Assembly: GCF_006345805.1 (NCBI RefSeq)
Contig: NC_043018.1
Coordinates: forward strand, 434,001 to 498,000
Reading direction: 5' to 3'
Source of the DNA: Octopus sinensis
Taxonomy: Eukaryota
Length of the DNA: 64,000 bases
Shown piece after piece: positions 13,254 to 26,999 of the stretch. Below the pieces are notes generated by a model. That model had not been told where the DNA came from and ran no database searches. It was given only the letters and a program-made list of their open reading frames with translations. Positions within the stretch are counted from its first letter, which is position 1. The number at the start of each line of letters is the position of its first letter. Made by a program: the position numbers and the translations under genes.

Positions 13254-13729
13254 GACCCCGCTTCGGACATAACTGTCCATGGGATCGCAGCTAGAAAGTT
13301 GTTTATGGAAGATCAGCAGTCGCCAACGCATACCAGCCTCCCCTCTCCACGCGACCGGTGTTACCCAAGGGAAAGGGAAAGGCCGATACAGCTTGGCACC
13401 AGTGACGTCGCAGCTCGTTTATTAATGTGCAAGTGGCTGAGCTCTGCACAGACACGTGTACCCTTAACGTAGTTCACGGGGAGATTCAGCGTGGCACAGA
13501 GTGTGACAATGCTGGCTCTTTGAAATACAGGTACAGCAGAAACAAGAAGGCTAAGTGAGAGAAAGTTGTGGTGAAAGACTACAGCAGGGTTCAACACACC
13601 TGCCGGAGCATCGTGGTACTTTAGGTGCTTTCGCTCAATAAACATTCACAATGCCCGGTCTCGGAATCGAAACCGCGATACTACGAATATGAGTCCGCTA
13701 CCTTAACCACTGGGCCATTGCACCTCCAC
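13254..13729 (-). mobile_element. Chimeric SINE: family B head/body plus family D tail
   Basis: B sequence from 13729 to ~13420, then D tail; flanked by aattcacaatgttgt / aatccacaatgtagt (13/15). Confidence 0.85.
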
Positions 13730-13785
13730 AATCCACAATGTAGTACTTTTATAATTGCATACATACATATATGCATGTACACATA

Positions 13786-14200
13786 CGCAGGAGTGGGTGT
13801 GTGGTAAGTAGCTTGCTAACCAACCACGTGGTTCCGGGTTCAGTCCCACTGCGTGGCATCTTGGGCAATTGTCTTCTGCTATAGCCCCGGGCCGACCAGT
13901 GCCTTGTGAGTGGATTTGGTAGACGGAAACTGAAAGAAGCCTGTCGTATATATATATATATATATATATATATGAATGTGTGTGTATATGTTTGTGTGTC
14001 TGTGTTTGTCCCCCTAGTATTGCTTGACAACCGATGCTGGTGTGTTTACGTCCCCGTCACTTAGCGGTTCGGTAAAAGAGACCGATAGAATAAGTACTGG
14101 GCTTTCAAAGAATAAGTCCCGGAGTCGATTTGCTCGACTAAAGGCGGTACTCCAGCATGGCCACAGTCAAATGACTGAAACAAGTAAAAGAGTAAAAGAG
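13786..14200 (+). mobile_element. SINE family A
   Basis: Homology to other A copies along the full length. Confidence 0.9.
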
Positions 14201-14310
14201 ATACATACATATTCCTGTGGACGTCCCCACACGTGATTAGCAGCTGCTCAAAAATATCATGTACGTAATACCTTCTTATGCAACAAGATAAATATAGAGA
14301 ACCCTGCATT

Positions 14311-14537
14311 ACTCTTTCACCTCAACTTTCTCTCACTCTTTCTTACTGTTTCTGCTGTACCTGTATTTCATAGGGCCAGCCTTGTCACACTCTGTGTCAC
14401 GCTGAATCTCCCTAAGAACTACGTTAAGGGTACACGTGTCTGTGGAGTGCTCAGCCACTTGCACGTTAATTTCCCGAGCGTGCTGTTCCGTTGATCGGAT
14501 CATCTGAAACCCTCGTCATCGTAACGGACTGAGAGCT
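14311..14537 (+). mobile_element. SINE family B, 3' half
   Basis: actctttcacc...ccctcgtcatcgtaac, homologous to 12730-12960. Confidence 0.85.
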
Positions 14538-15549
14538 AACAATCTATAGATCGTACGGGGAATGAATTGATGATAAAGAAAATCATTTTCACAAAAATTG
14601 TAACAGAATATGGACTTACATAAGCATGACTATATGTATTTCATAGAATGTACCAAGGCTTTGTCGTGTTAATCAGGCTTATAAATATATCTATGTACAA
14701 TGCATAGAATACACATTCGTTAATGCTAGTTGAATTTCGTTTTATTCAAAATATAGTTACTTTTGACTGCACAGGTATACTACAGAACTTATAAATCGTA
14801 TTTTAAACACAAACTATTTTAGATTGATATACATTGATGTCTATATGTATTTCTAAACACGCGTAATTTCCAGTATGTGCATATGAAATAGAGAATTTTA
14901 TATATGTGTGTGTGTGTGTGTGTATTTGAATGTAGTGAGAGACAGCTATACATAGTACTCCCATATGGTATAAAATGCGAACACGCATACGTATAACGGA
15001 TATATATTAGAATACGTGTATGTGTGTGTGTTTTCCGTACACAGTAAGATATGTTCGATAGATTTCCAGCTAGATAATCATAAACAAAATGCCGTCAACA
15101 TCTCCCATAAACTTGAAACATTAAGACTTGACTTAGAATTTATTTTTACGATGTTCGTTTTTTCCTTGACTTTATCAGCTCAAAGCTTAAACCTACACTT
15201 GGCAGCTGGATATTAATTAAGTTTCAAAGTCACTGTATATTATATATTCCCAATTGAAATAATGAACAGTTTATGGCATATAACTTTTTGTTCGATATTT
15301 TATAGCTGAATGTAATATCTATCACTCGCTTAGAATATTTAACAAATATTGAATCCATAGGAGGACGGCAACTGATACGAGCGTATTTGCATGCATTTGT
15401 CAATGTATTTGGATAATAAGGTTGGTGTGGTATATGAATGTGTGTTTTGGATTATGTATACGTATTTTTTTTTTATCACTTGAAAATAAATTCTTGGAAA
15501 CATATCAAAACTTCGATGCATTTTACTGCGTTTTAAAAATGTTTTCAAG

Positions 15550-15554
15550 TATAT

Positions 15555-15597
<43 letters not shown>

Positions 15598-15615
15598 ATG
15601 TACGTATATGTATGC

Positions 15616-15646
<31 letters not shown>

Positions 15647-15663
15647 AATATATATATAATATA

Positions 15664-15702
<39 letters not shown>

Positions 15703-15848
15703 ACATACATATATATATATATATATGTACACATATATACATATATATATATACGTACATATATATATACACATATGCATATATATATATATATATACGT
15801 ATACATATATATATATATATATATATTATATAATATATATATATAAAT

Positions 15849-15903
<55 letters not shown>

Positions 15904-16045
15904 ACGTATATATATATATATATATATGCATATGTGTATATATATATATGTACGTATATATTATATGTATATATGTGTACATATATATATATATATATGT
16001 ATGTTTGTATATATGTGTATATATGTATGTATGTATGTATATATA

Positions 16046-16097
<52 letters not shown>

Positions 16098-16140
16098 GTG
16101 TATATCTGTGTGTATGTATGTGTGTGCGCGCGCGTGTGAG
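15550..16140. repeat. Long compound (TA)n/(TG)n microsatellite (largest of many)
   Basis: Direct reading; similar tracts at 4000-4300, 6400-6760, 18980-19190, 25800-26150, 38100-38380, 38830-39190, 40990-41260. Confidence 0.97.
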
Positions 16141-16376
16141 TGTATTTTAGATTGAATCAGGGGATTTTACTCATTTCTGAATCTTGTTTTCACAAATATA
16201 AACAAACACTCGCACACACAAACAAATAAACACACACAGTCATCACCACACAGGTCCGAAAAATACATTGCTAAATATAAGCACATTCAAGCATATTTGA
16301 ATGGGCCAACAATATACATGAATGTATAATAAACATATACATATATGTATATATATATAACTTACATGTTTTATAC

Positions 16377-16426
<50 letters not shown>

Positions 16427-16792
16427 AACATGTACTGAGTATACTATCAATACATTAATATGCGTTATATAAGAACCATATTACATAAAGCAGCACACTT
16501 ACACGCACACTCTCAAATACACGCAGGATCATAGTTTCTGTTACACATATATCACACGCGTTCTTTGAAACAAACACAACACGAATGCAACGACATAAAT
16601 TGTCATAAGATGTTGTCGTAGCAATAGATATTCATTCAGCTTTAGCTGTTATCAGAAGCTGCCGTAACCGTAACAGCGAAGAACTTGGTTCATTTCCCTT
16701 CTTCTGACGGTCTTGCTGAAATGCTGTTTGTCGTAACTACTACACGTTTTAATAAAACCAAAATCAACAATAATAATACTTTATTAATGTAT

Positions 16793-17217
16793 ACTCTTTT
16801 ACTCTTTTACTCTTTTACTTGTTTCAGTCATTTGAATGCGGCCATGCTGGAGCACCGCCTTTTTTAGTCGAACAAATCGACCCCGGGACTTATTCTTTTG
16901 TAAGCCCAGTACTTATTCTATCGGTCTCTTTTGACCGAACCGCTAAGTTGACGGGGACGTAAACACACCAGCATCGGTTGTCAAGCAATGCTAGGGGGAC
17001 AAACACAGACACACAAACACATACACACACATTTATATATATATACATGTATACGACAGGGTTCTTTCAGTTTCCGTCCACCAAATCCACTCACAAGGCA
17101 TTGGTCGGCCCGGGGCTATAGAAGAAGACACTTGCCCAAGATGCCACGCAGTGGGACTGAACCCGGAACCATGTGGTTGGTTAGCAAGCTACTTACCACA
17201 CAGCCACTCCTGCGGCT
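16793..17217 (-). mobile_element. SINE family A
   Basis: Homology to other A copies. Confidence 0.9.
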
Positions 17218-17548
17218 ATGTTGATTTTTTTTAACTTGCCGGTGTTTAAGAAACAAATATCGCTCCATGTCGATACAGCTGTGATCGCCTTCACTAATAT
17301 TAATATATATCTAAGACTAAAATCATATACACAAATGTGACTAACATTGTTGGCACAGTATTGTTTGACGTGAGGAAAATTGTTAATGGACCACATTAAT
17401 GAGTTCTCGACCTTTCTCGATTATTGGCTGTGGTAAACCTATCTACACTCGCATGGATTTTTCTGCTAAGATTGATGTAGCAATTACATAAAAAAAAGCA
17501 ATTCCATAAAAAAAACAATACCGTAAGGAAAACCATATATATATATTC

Positions 17549-17700
17549 CACGATTGTGAGATTGCGGGTAATTCCTAGACAGGGCTTTGCGTTGTATTCT
17601 TTAGCAAAACACTTCATTTCACGTTGCTCTGCGATCATTTCGACATCTGGCACATGGCACCTGTTTCACCTGTGCAGGTAATGTCGATCTGATGGAGGGA
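17549..17700 (+). mobile_element. Diverged family D-type SINE fragment
   Basis: cacgattgtgagattgcgggtaattcctagacagggc...ctttagcaaaacacttcatttcacgttgctc resembles the D head and central domain. Confidence 0.6.
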
Positions 17701-17914
17701 CTGAGTTTATGTCTACGCAAATATTTGATCATTGTAAAGAAATCATCTGTGTGGTCGTTCGGTAAGAAATTGTCGAATCCTCATAAGTACCGTAACGACG
17801 GGAAAATTCATTGTACATTCATATATAAATATACGTGTGAGTGTGGGTGTAAAATATGTATACATACATATATATATATATATATATATGCGTGTGTGTG
17901 TGTGTGTGTGTGTC

Positions 17915-18551
17915 CACTCTTAACCCAACATATTGCCCGCTCCTCCTTGAACTCAACCACCAAATCTACAATTTCTTTACACAGACAAAGAGCCGAAAAC
18001 TCCACCGCCTCCTCAATCCTTCACCCCTCCTTCTTCCTCTCACAACTCCGACACCCTACTCTTCAGCTCCTCCAACATCACCCACTCCTACGATCAGCAC
18101 ACCGTCTCTCTGTCCCTGCACCATCCACACTACCACACGCCCCTCATCCGAACATTCCCACCCGTACCCCCACCCTTGCAGCCTCCAAACAAAAGACATT
18201 CCCCTACCGCATACCAACTCATCTATTCCAACCCGTCCTCACACACCTGCACCCCGCCACCTCTCCACCCATCCACTCCAACCCTTCCCCACACCACTGC
18301 ACCCCTCACCCCGAACCCACACCTCTCCCCACCTGGTCCCATGCGCTGTAGTCACTATAACACTCAAACTTACCCTCTCCGCTGCTAAACGTTCATTCCT
18401 CAGCAAGGGTTTTCGCTTCACATCACTCACACGCCACTGCAACAAATCTGGGACCCGCACTGATATCACCCAGTTCCTGCACCACATAAAACTACATGCG
18501 TTTTTCCACACTTACACACAGCATCACGACAATCGCCCGAACACCTGGTAA
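17915..18551 (+). mobile_element. Penelope-like element, N-terminal (pre-RT) coding fragment
   Basis: Open frame LLELNHQIYNFFTQTKSRKLHRLL, a Pro/Thr/His-rich linker, then VVTITLKLTLSAAKRSFLSKGFRF...DITQFLHHIKLHAFFH. This matches the recalled PLE motif LSxAExxxLSKGLxF...DxxxFxRRLRLxxFF. Confidence 0.7.
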
Positions 18552-18728
18552 CTCCAACATTATATATATATAGTTACAAACCTCACTAAATTAATTAGGT
18601 GGGCGGGCAGATCAGTACTGGCATTGCTAGAGATAAGAATCAAGACAACTCTTAACCACGGGCAAGTACTTATCTATTGCGGATGCTCAACTTGATAATT
18701 TACCTGTCGTTGAGTGTGTTTGTGTATG

Positions 18729-18779
<51 letters not shown>

Positions 18780-18955
18780 TATATATACATACATATTATA
18801 TATAAGCTACAAGGATATGCAGAGGCACTGCATTATTTCTAGATATCCTTGTTGCTTATTTTGATTTTAATCACTTTGAAATTGTATGGTTAATACCGTA
18901 CTAAATACTGGTACCTCAGCTTAAGTACCATATTCATCTGAATCTAATTTTTTCA

Positions 18956-19079
<124 letters not shown>

Positions 19080-19109
19080 TATATACACACACACATATAT
19101 ATATATATC

Positions 19110-19144
<35 letters not shown>

Positions 19145-19190
19145 ATATATCATATATATATATATCATATATATATATATATATATATAT

Positions 19191-19312
19191 GGACTGGCCT
19201 GCTCGCTTAGCCAGCGGGGTAGCGTTTATCGAAGGCTAAAACAATGCGAAGCGCATTGTGACCAGCGATGTGTAGCAACATCTGATGGTCTGGTCGGTCA
19301 CGTGATCACGTG
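19191..19312. repeat. GC-rich, multi-hairpin dispersed repeat
   Basis: A partial reverse-complement copy lies at ~44005-44037; contains the perfect palindrome cacgtgatcacgtg. Confidence 0.65.
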
Positions 19313-20398
19313 ATATATATATATATACATACATATAGATATATAGATATATACATCTATATATATAAATACATACATATAGATATATAGATCTATATAC
19401 ATCTATATATATGCATACATGCACACACATATATAAATTCACTTTAAGCTGTAGAAATGATAACATGCCGCTCAAACAGATACAGAAATCAAAGATATAT
19501 AGTACCAATGTGCACTAATATATACCTCATTATGTTTTCCGCTCGGAATACATAGGTTTATTATATCAAAAAAATTGACATTCTACTCTGATTTCCAACC
19601 AGGACTGCGGTTTTTTTTTAAACATGAACAGCGTGGCCGGGGGTGAATATTAGATGAAACTTTTAATATCTCAGCAATGTATCCCACTATCTGTTTATCT
19701 CTTGATCTTTATTTGTATCCATTTATTTATTCGTCAGTATGTGGGTGTTCGTTTGCCGGTCGGCTGTGTATATGTATACTTAAGTGTGTATAGACACTTA
19801 ACCCAAATACGTTTGTGCGTTAGTTTGAATGCGTATATACATATTCATGCGCCTTCATACTTTCTGGAGGGTTTGAGGAATACGCAATTACGGAGGGAAT
19901 GAAATATATGTGACATTCCTGTAGGCTATTCTGAAATTTCTCATCGTCATTTCTCCCTGGAAGACAAGTTTTAAATCATGAATTCTTGCGTCTTTATCGA
20001 ACAACGCCTCAGGATCTTGTTTACGTGTTTTCAGCAGTATTTTTTTGTTGTTTTTGCAATGCATCGTACATTTTTTATAATTTCATTTCTTTTTCTGTAC
20101 AGCATGAAACTTGTTTGAATTCCTTTCACTTTTGCTTTATAAGGTTCACCATCTACACACAAACAGTTACAGAATATATATATATATATGTGTGTGTGTA
20201 TCTGTGTGTATCTGTGTACATGTGTGTACATGTGTGTGTATATATGTATGTAGTGCTCTTTTTGATATAAATATATACACACACATGTATAAGTTCAGTA
20301 AAATTTAGATTCAGACATATATATAAATATATATATATATGTATATATATATATGTATATGTATATACATATATATATTTATAAATATGTATATATAA

Positions 20399-20454
<56 letters not shown>

Positions 20455-21728
20455 GCAAATATATATGGATATATGCACACACAGATATATTATAAACGAA
20501 GAAATACATGTGTGAGATATTGAAACGAAAAAAAAAGAACGTTGCCTTCTCTGTGTGATTAAATACTTTTATGTGGCCATATCTAAGCGAATTTTGGAAT
20601 TTTGGATGAATCTCATAAACACTTACTAATATTTCCATTTTTCTTCGCTGTTACGTAATTCTGTCATGATCCAAACAGAAAATCTTTTCAAAAATTGAAA
20701 AAAAAAAAAAGGAAGATAATCAAATATTCAAAAATAGGAAAAGAATAATTTCACGAGTCAATCAAAAAGTAAATGCAAGATAAAAAGTTTTTTTTTTGCA
20801 TAAAAAGAAAATATTTTCTGGAATTGGAATTTTTATACAATTTGATGCCTTATTTTTTACCAATCCAAACCATACACTTGATTCAAGAAGTATCACTATT
20901 TGAATCATATTCCTTAGCGGTACATGACAATTCGCTATCCATTTCAATTTTTACTGTAATATTTTACTACTTTTCCAATCTCATAAACCTCATACCCAGA
21001 ATCTAAAATATAACCGTATTGAATTTTTTCCTACAAAATTTATTCTTAAATTTATGGTGGGTGTATATATTATTGAGTTATATCTATTTAATTCCGTACA
21101 GAATATGTTATTCCAGAATGTTTTCCGTTCTAATTCGAAGACAGGTATACATGACCACTAGTGTATATTTTTATATATTCTAAATCTCCGAATATTTTGT
21201 TTTTGTTTTGTGTCTATATTGTGAATCATTGGGTATTTCATAATGTGTAATTACAAACTCTGGAATGATATAACATATGACGTGACAATTTATAACATTA
21301 CCGCTTTTCACATGTTTCTGTTCCGTGGGGTATAATTACTATGATATTACTATTTGATAGCCTAATTTTTAGATGTAATGTTATGTCATTTGAAATCATT
21401 TGGATTCTTATAAATGTTGTTTTGGCCTTTATTATTCAAGTAATTTGTTTTACAGGACGACCTCCTTGACTTATTATTTATTCTAAATACTTGACTTATT
21501 TTACTTTTTCAAGCTTCTGCCCACATAGCATTATATTTGAGCTTTTCGTTATAAGTTGCTAATAATTATTGTCTTAGTCGTATTTTTACATTGATTTTCA
21601 GAATTTCTAGGCTCTTTTACAATACCAACAGTTTCATGTGAATTTTCATGCCTCCCAGTCAATAATGCACTATCATCGGTATATCTTATATTGTTTATAC
21701 TCATGCCACTGTGCTTTCTTTGATCCCG

Positions 21729-22339
21729 GGATATTTACTTGTATAATACAGGGAACAATAGAAGAAAGATGACTTTGCAATATACATCTTTCACAGATTA
21801 GGCAAAAAAATCTGTAAAGTTAGTGAAATAAATGGTGCAGTAGAAGAAATGCTATGAGTAAAGAAAAACGTCTGTTTGTCACTGTTATTTATGACAACCC
21901 TAATCCTAAAACCCTAAACCTAACCCTAAAACCTTAATCCTAACCCTAAAACCCTAACCTTTAACCTAACACCCTAACCCTAAAACCCTAAAACCATAAA
22001 CCTAAAGCCCTAACCCTAACCCTAAAACCTTAAAGCTAAAACCAGTACATACGAACAAAAATGTCATAAATAACAGTGACAAATGAAAAATAAACCGCCT
22101 ATAGTTGTTGACAAACAACGGCAGTAATTTTATTCAGTTGAATACACGTTAATGATTGGTTGAAATTACCGAAATACGACAAATTTGACGTGAAATTACT
22201 TCGTAAATTTTAATTTTTCTCAGAAATGCTAAAAGTAAACCATGTTTTATATGACAGATTCTGCCAGTGTCCGAAATTTGAAAGTGTTTAGTCACAAAAT
22301 TTTTTTTTTTTTAATCTGTAGTTCAAAAGGTAAAGATCC
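21729..22339. mobile_element. Diverged MITE related to the 57.2/59.2-kb family, with telomere-like array
   Basis: Shares gattggttgaaatt, ccagt..cgaa.ttt.aaagtgtttag and terminal aaagatcc with those copies; (CCCTAA)-like array at 21897-22040. Confidence 0.6.
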
Positions 22340-23031
22340 ATTTAGAGAATATTACAAAGAAATGTTGAACTGGAGTTGATGATTGTGTGAATGGCCAAAT
22401 AGTCCTCTCTGTTTTAGTTGATTTAGTATCAGGTCAAAACACTTGCTCTAGAATTACATCACTGTATGACTTCGAAAGATTAATTAATAATATCTTAAAA
22501 GTATGTAAGGTATTTTTTACGAGTTTCCAAATTGCTTCGGGTATTTTCTGTTCTTTTAAACAAAGAAAATGTTTGGTCACCTCATTCATTATAATAGGCA
22601 TTAAATTAATTATTCAAATAATTTGATAGTTTTGAATCATCGAAGTTAAACATATATATTTTTTTGGAATTTAATTACATTAAATAAGTAGTGAAAAATT
22701 ATTCAGATCTCTTAACGTCATCAATCAATCTCTGTTAGCCTATAATATACACTTGAGGTAAAACTTAACGAAATAAATACCTATATTTGTTCCCTAAAGC
22801 ATTAGGTAACCCTCTTTCAACTCCTGTAAATTCAAATTAACAAACAGTGCCTAATCAAATTATCTACAATTTCTAACAATTGCCATTGGGTGCTTCGTCT
22901 CCCACATTCATACTAACAAACAAACACATTTACAGTTAAGAATATATTTGCTTTTATTCTTTTGCTTACAACATTTAACATATCAAACTTTGCCATGAAA
23001 AGGACCTTATTTTTTAAAAAATAACTTCCAG

Positions 23032-23204
23032 GATTAAAACAATTCAAAACCGTTAATCATGTTATAAGAAATTACCATGGAAATATACATTACTCGGAGC
23101 CTATAGAAGCAGGCCAGAGGATGACTTCGAAAAAATACAGAGGAATTTCTCAGATGTTCGGTGATAAAGCCATGATGAAGGTGTTTGAAATCTCACAGAG
23201 TCAG
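23032..23204 (+). CDS. Candidate internal coding exon (173 nt, phase 1 to 0) of an unidentified gene
   Basis: ttccAG acceptor and CAG|GTAATA donor bound a 57-codon open frame LKQFKTVNHVIRNYHGNIHYSEPIEAGQRMTSKKYRGISQMFGDKAMMKVFEISQSQ in stop-rich DNA; not recognisably TE-derived. Confidence 0.55.
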
Positions 23205-23445
23205 GTAATAATCTATAGAAACAAAAGCAAATAAAACAATTAATGTGGGTTTTCTTAAGTGTTGTGTCTAAACTTCACTGATATGCTAGTTACATGTTCA
23301 ACACAGATAAAGTTACTTGCCAAAAGTTCCAGCTCACACACACACACACTACAAACGCACGCGTTACATGCAGTTCACTTCTCTTATCTTTCATCGATAT
23401 ACGCATGCAAATAGAACATTCTATACATATATATATATACATATA

Positions 23446-23610
23446 TGTATAGCGCAATCACCACAGGAGCAAAGACAGCCGAGGAGAGACGGATTCAGTC
23501 AGCAGAACAGAAACGCCAGATGCGGAAAGCCAGAACCACCTGCACCAATAGCACAGCCCCTACCCACTTCTGCCCCACCTGTGGGAGGGGCTTTCTTGCC
23601 CGGATTGGCG
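23446..23610 (+). mobile_element. RTE-clade LINE C-terminal zinc-finger fragment
   Basis: ...AEERRIQSAEQKRQMRKAR...FCPTCGRGFLARIG, truncated C2H2 finger. Confidence 0.85.
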
Positions 23611-23622
23611 TGAATATATGTG

Positions 23623-23653
<31 letters not shown>

Positions 23654-23830
23654 GAGTGTGTGTGTGTATACTTCTAATATAGGATAAAAGTTTCCAAAAA
23701 GTTCCCTCAAAGTGACCAGCATATTAAAATACCTTGAAAGATGAAAATTATAAACAATTATAAACAAGGACAAAAGAAAAAAAAAAGATTTCTATCGCTC
23801 TCTCTTTGTTTGTTTGTTTCATTCTTTCCT

Positions 23831-23866
<36 letters not shown>

Positions 23867-24832
23867 ACACACACACTCTCTCTCTCATCAGCTGCCCTAT
23901 CTCGGAGTAATCACGTCTCCAAGATTCGGACAGCTGATTGAGTCGTCATGTCTGCTCATGAGCGCAAATTAATGGCGGCGCATAATACCAAGCAACACAA
24001 ACTGCCGAGAACAAGTTATGCTATGCTAAAGATAAAGAGAGAACAGAGCATATTTACGTTACATTACTATCATGCATATCTGAAAGTCCGAAACGGCCAC
24101 TGAGCTGAAGAAAGTCTTCTCTTGAGTTTCATTATTATAGACAAAAAAGGCCATAGCCATTTTTCGCCTAAACCTGATTATACTCTGTTCAGGGTATGCT
24201 TACAGCTAGATATATAATTTTAGAAATGTTTGTTTGATCTTTATTTTGTTTTTCTTTAGAATACACATTGACCTCAACATCTTGCATATGTTTGTCATAT
24301 TTGTTTGTGGTACATATTGATTCGGTGAGTTTTGTAAATCTGGAAATTCTAGTAAGATTTTTCATATTTATAGTTGCTTTCATATTTGTTTTTATCAATG
24401 GAATGTCACAAACATAAATCACAAGTAAATGAATAGGAAATATAGAGAATAAAAGAATAAACGAATATAAGAATATATAAGTAAATAGATTCGTGTCGTG
24501 CTTTAAGAAGTAATACGATTTATTGGAATCGACTTGAAAGATTCTTGGAAATAAGTAGCCTAAAATATTGGTAAATCGCTGGAAGAAATAACGAACTAAG
24601 GAAATCAGAAGGAGTCTGGAAGACGCCGAATATTTATTGAATTGGATGGCTTCAATACAATTGTAAAAACTGCGAATGAGTCTACAGACAAAAGCGTTTG
24701 CAAAGCTCCATATCCTAACAATATTATTTTATAGATTTCTACAAGAATATAAACGAAAAGGAACATTTTCTTCACATTTGTATGCATTTTCTATGACAAT
24801 TTTTTTCAGTTACTTTGAACAGTTATCAGAAT

Positions 24833-24839
24833 ATTATTA

Positions 24840-24870
<31 letters not shown>

Positions 24871-24908
24871 CATCATCATCATCCTTATTATTATTATTAT
24901 CATTATTA

Positions 24909-24945
<37 letters not shown>

Positions 24946-24971
24946 CATCATCATCCTTATTATTATTATTA

Positions 24972-25027
<56 letters not shown>

Positions 25028-25095
25028 TTCATTATTATCATTATTATTATCGTCATCATCATTTAATCACGATCACCATCATCACCATCATCTCC
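24833..25095. repeat. (TAT)n/(CAT)n compound microsatellite
   Basis: Direct reading; the internal unit catcatcatccttattatt occurs twice. Confidence 0.95.
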
Positions 25096-25831
25096 TTTTA
25101 ATGATATATTCCATAGGTAATTATATAAAACGAGTTATCCTTCATAAATACGGCGTATTGGATTAAAATACATTTACATATGGAAACAATGTGAGTGGAA
25201 CAAATGTAGCGTAACATTTGTACATGCGCACTCACTCAGTTACACATGCATACACACAAACACATACACAAACACACACACACACACAGACAGAAGTATA
25301 GACACAAGTACAGAGATATATTTGTGGATGTATAATTAAACATTCATATGTATGTATATATGTATGTATTATGAATATATACGGATTTACAATTATATAT
25401 ATGTGTGTCTATGGGTATTACTAGACACACACTCATATATGTATATATTCATATAAATACACATGACCAAGTTTTACACACATACGCACATGTGTTTGTA
25501 TATCACATGTATGTATATAGATACTTGCATATATATCAGCAGATAGCACTGTTTATGAATTCAAACATAAGTGAAAGCTGGCCAAACGTATATTTAATTA
25601 GAACTTTGGCAGTATACAACTATAGCTTTAACTTTCTTTGGATAGCTCTCCCCGTTTGAAGAAAACTATATAATTACTGAATCATTGTAACATATGTACA
25701 TTGTGATGTTAAATATACTTCATCGACTTTTACATTTACGTACGTTGCCGAAGACTACACACAAGCACACAGCCAAACACTCAAACATAGCGGGCACAAA
25801 CCCATTTATATATATATATATATATATTATG

Positions 25832-25930
<99 letters not shown>

Positions 25931-25979
25931 GTATACATATATATATATATACACACACACATATATATATACATATTTA

Positions 25980-26028
<49 letters not shown>

Positions 26029-26118
26029 CATACATATATATGCATGTTTGTATATATATGTATTGATACGTATATGTTCATGTATATATATATATATATC
26101 TTGATGTGTATGTGTTTC

Positions 26119-26149
<31 letters not shown>

Positions 26150-26999
26150 GATATGTGAGAATCCGCACAGTCATACTCACATTTATGTATGAATGTATAT
26201 TAATCTGTTTTCACTGAAATGTTAATTATTAATGTATGTGTGTGGTCTGTCCCTTTATGAGAAAGAGCTCAAATTATCGCTTATACAGAAGCACGCAGTA
26301 ATATATATGTCGAAGGAATAAAGCTTACTAAATCTCAAATATCAAGTATATTTATGAATTAAAAATGATACGAAAATACAGTTATAATTTGCAACAAATA
26401 TAACTGATGTTACAACTGAAAAGTCTCGAAAAATTCAATATTAATACACATATAATATATATCATTGTAATGACAAATTGCATGTATAGAAGCATATTTA
26501 TTTTTGTTAAGTCCAGGTGCAGACATGAAGAGAAACGTAGCACTATATTTTGTTTTACATAGTTGATGATGTTACCAGAAACAAGATATATTTGTAGTCT
26601 GTTTCACAGGAGAATGAAAGTGACCATTTTATTTTGTGTACTTCTGGAACAGTCGTTCAGTACGGCAATTCGAATTGACTGAACTAAACATATGATAAGT
26701 TTAGCATGATGTTTTTCATGTCTGTTATGTTTCGCCCTTATTCTCCGACAAGGCTCTCCTATTTGCACTCCTTCACTTATTTCATTACACTTGGGTTGTT
26801 CAAGGACAAAATTTATATATTACGGGAGTTTCTTATATATTTCCTCAGAAGATTAAGATTTTGCCCATTCTCAATTTTTAAATTTTCTTCTTCCCCAACC
26901 TGATTTTTTAATCTTTTATTTATTCCCATTTTTTTCTTGGTAATCCACGGCGAAAAAAAGTAAGCAGTGCAGGGATCTTTAAAAATGTTCTTCTTCCTT

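Noticed and set aside
22414-22500. Possible exon DLVSGQNTCSRITSLYDFERLINNILK
   Set aside because: Ends in phase 0, incompatible with the better exon at 23032; no other support.
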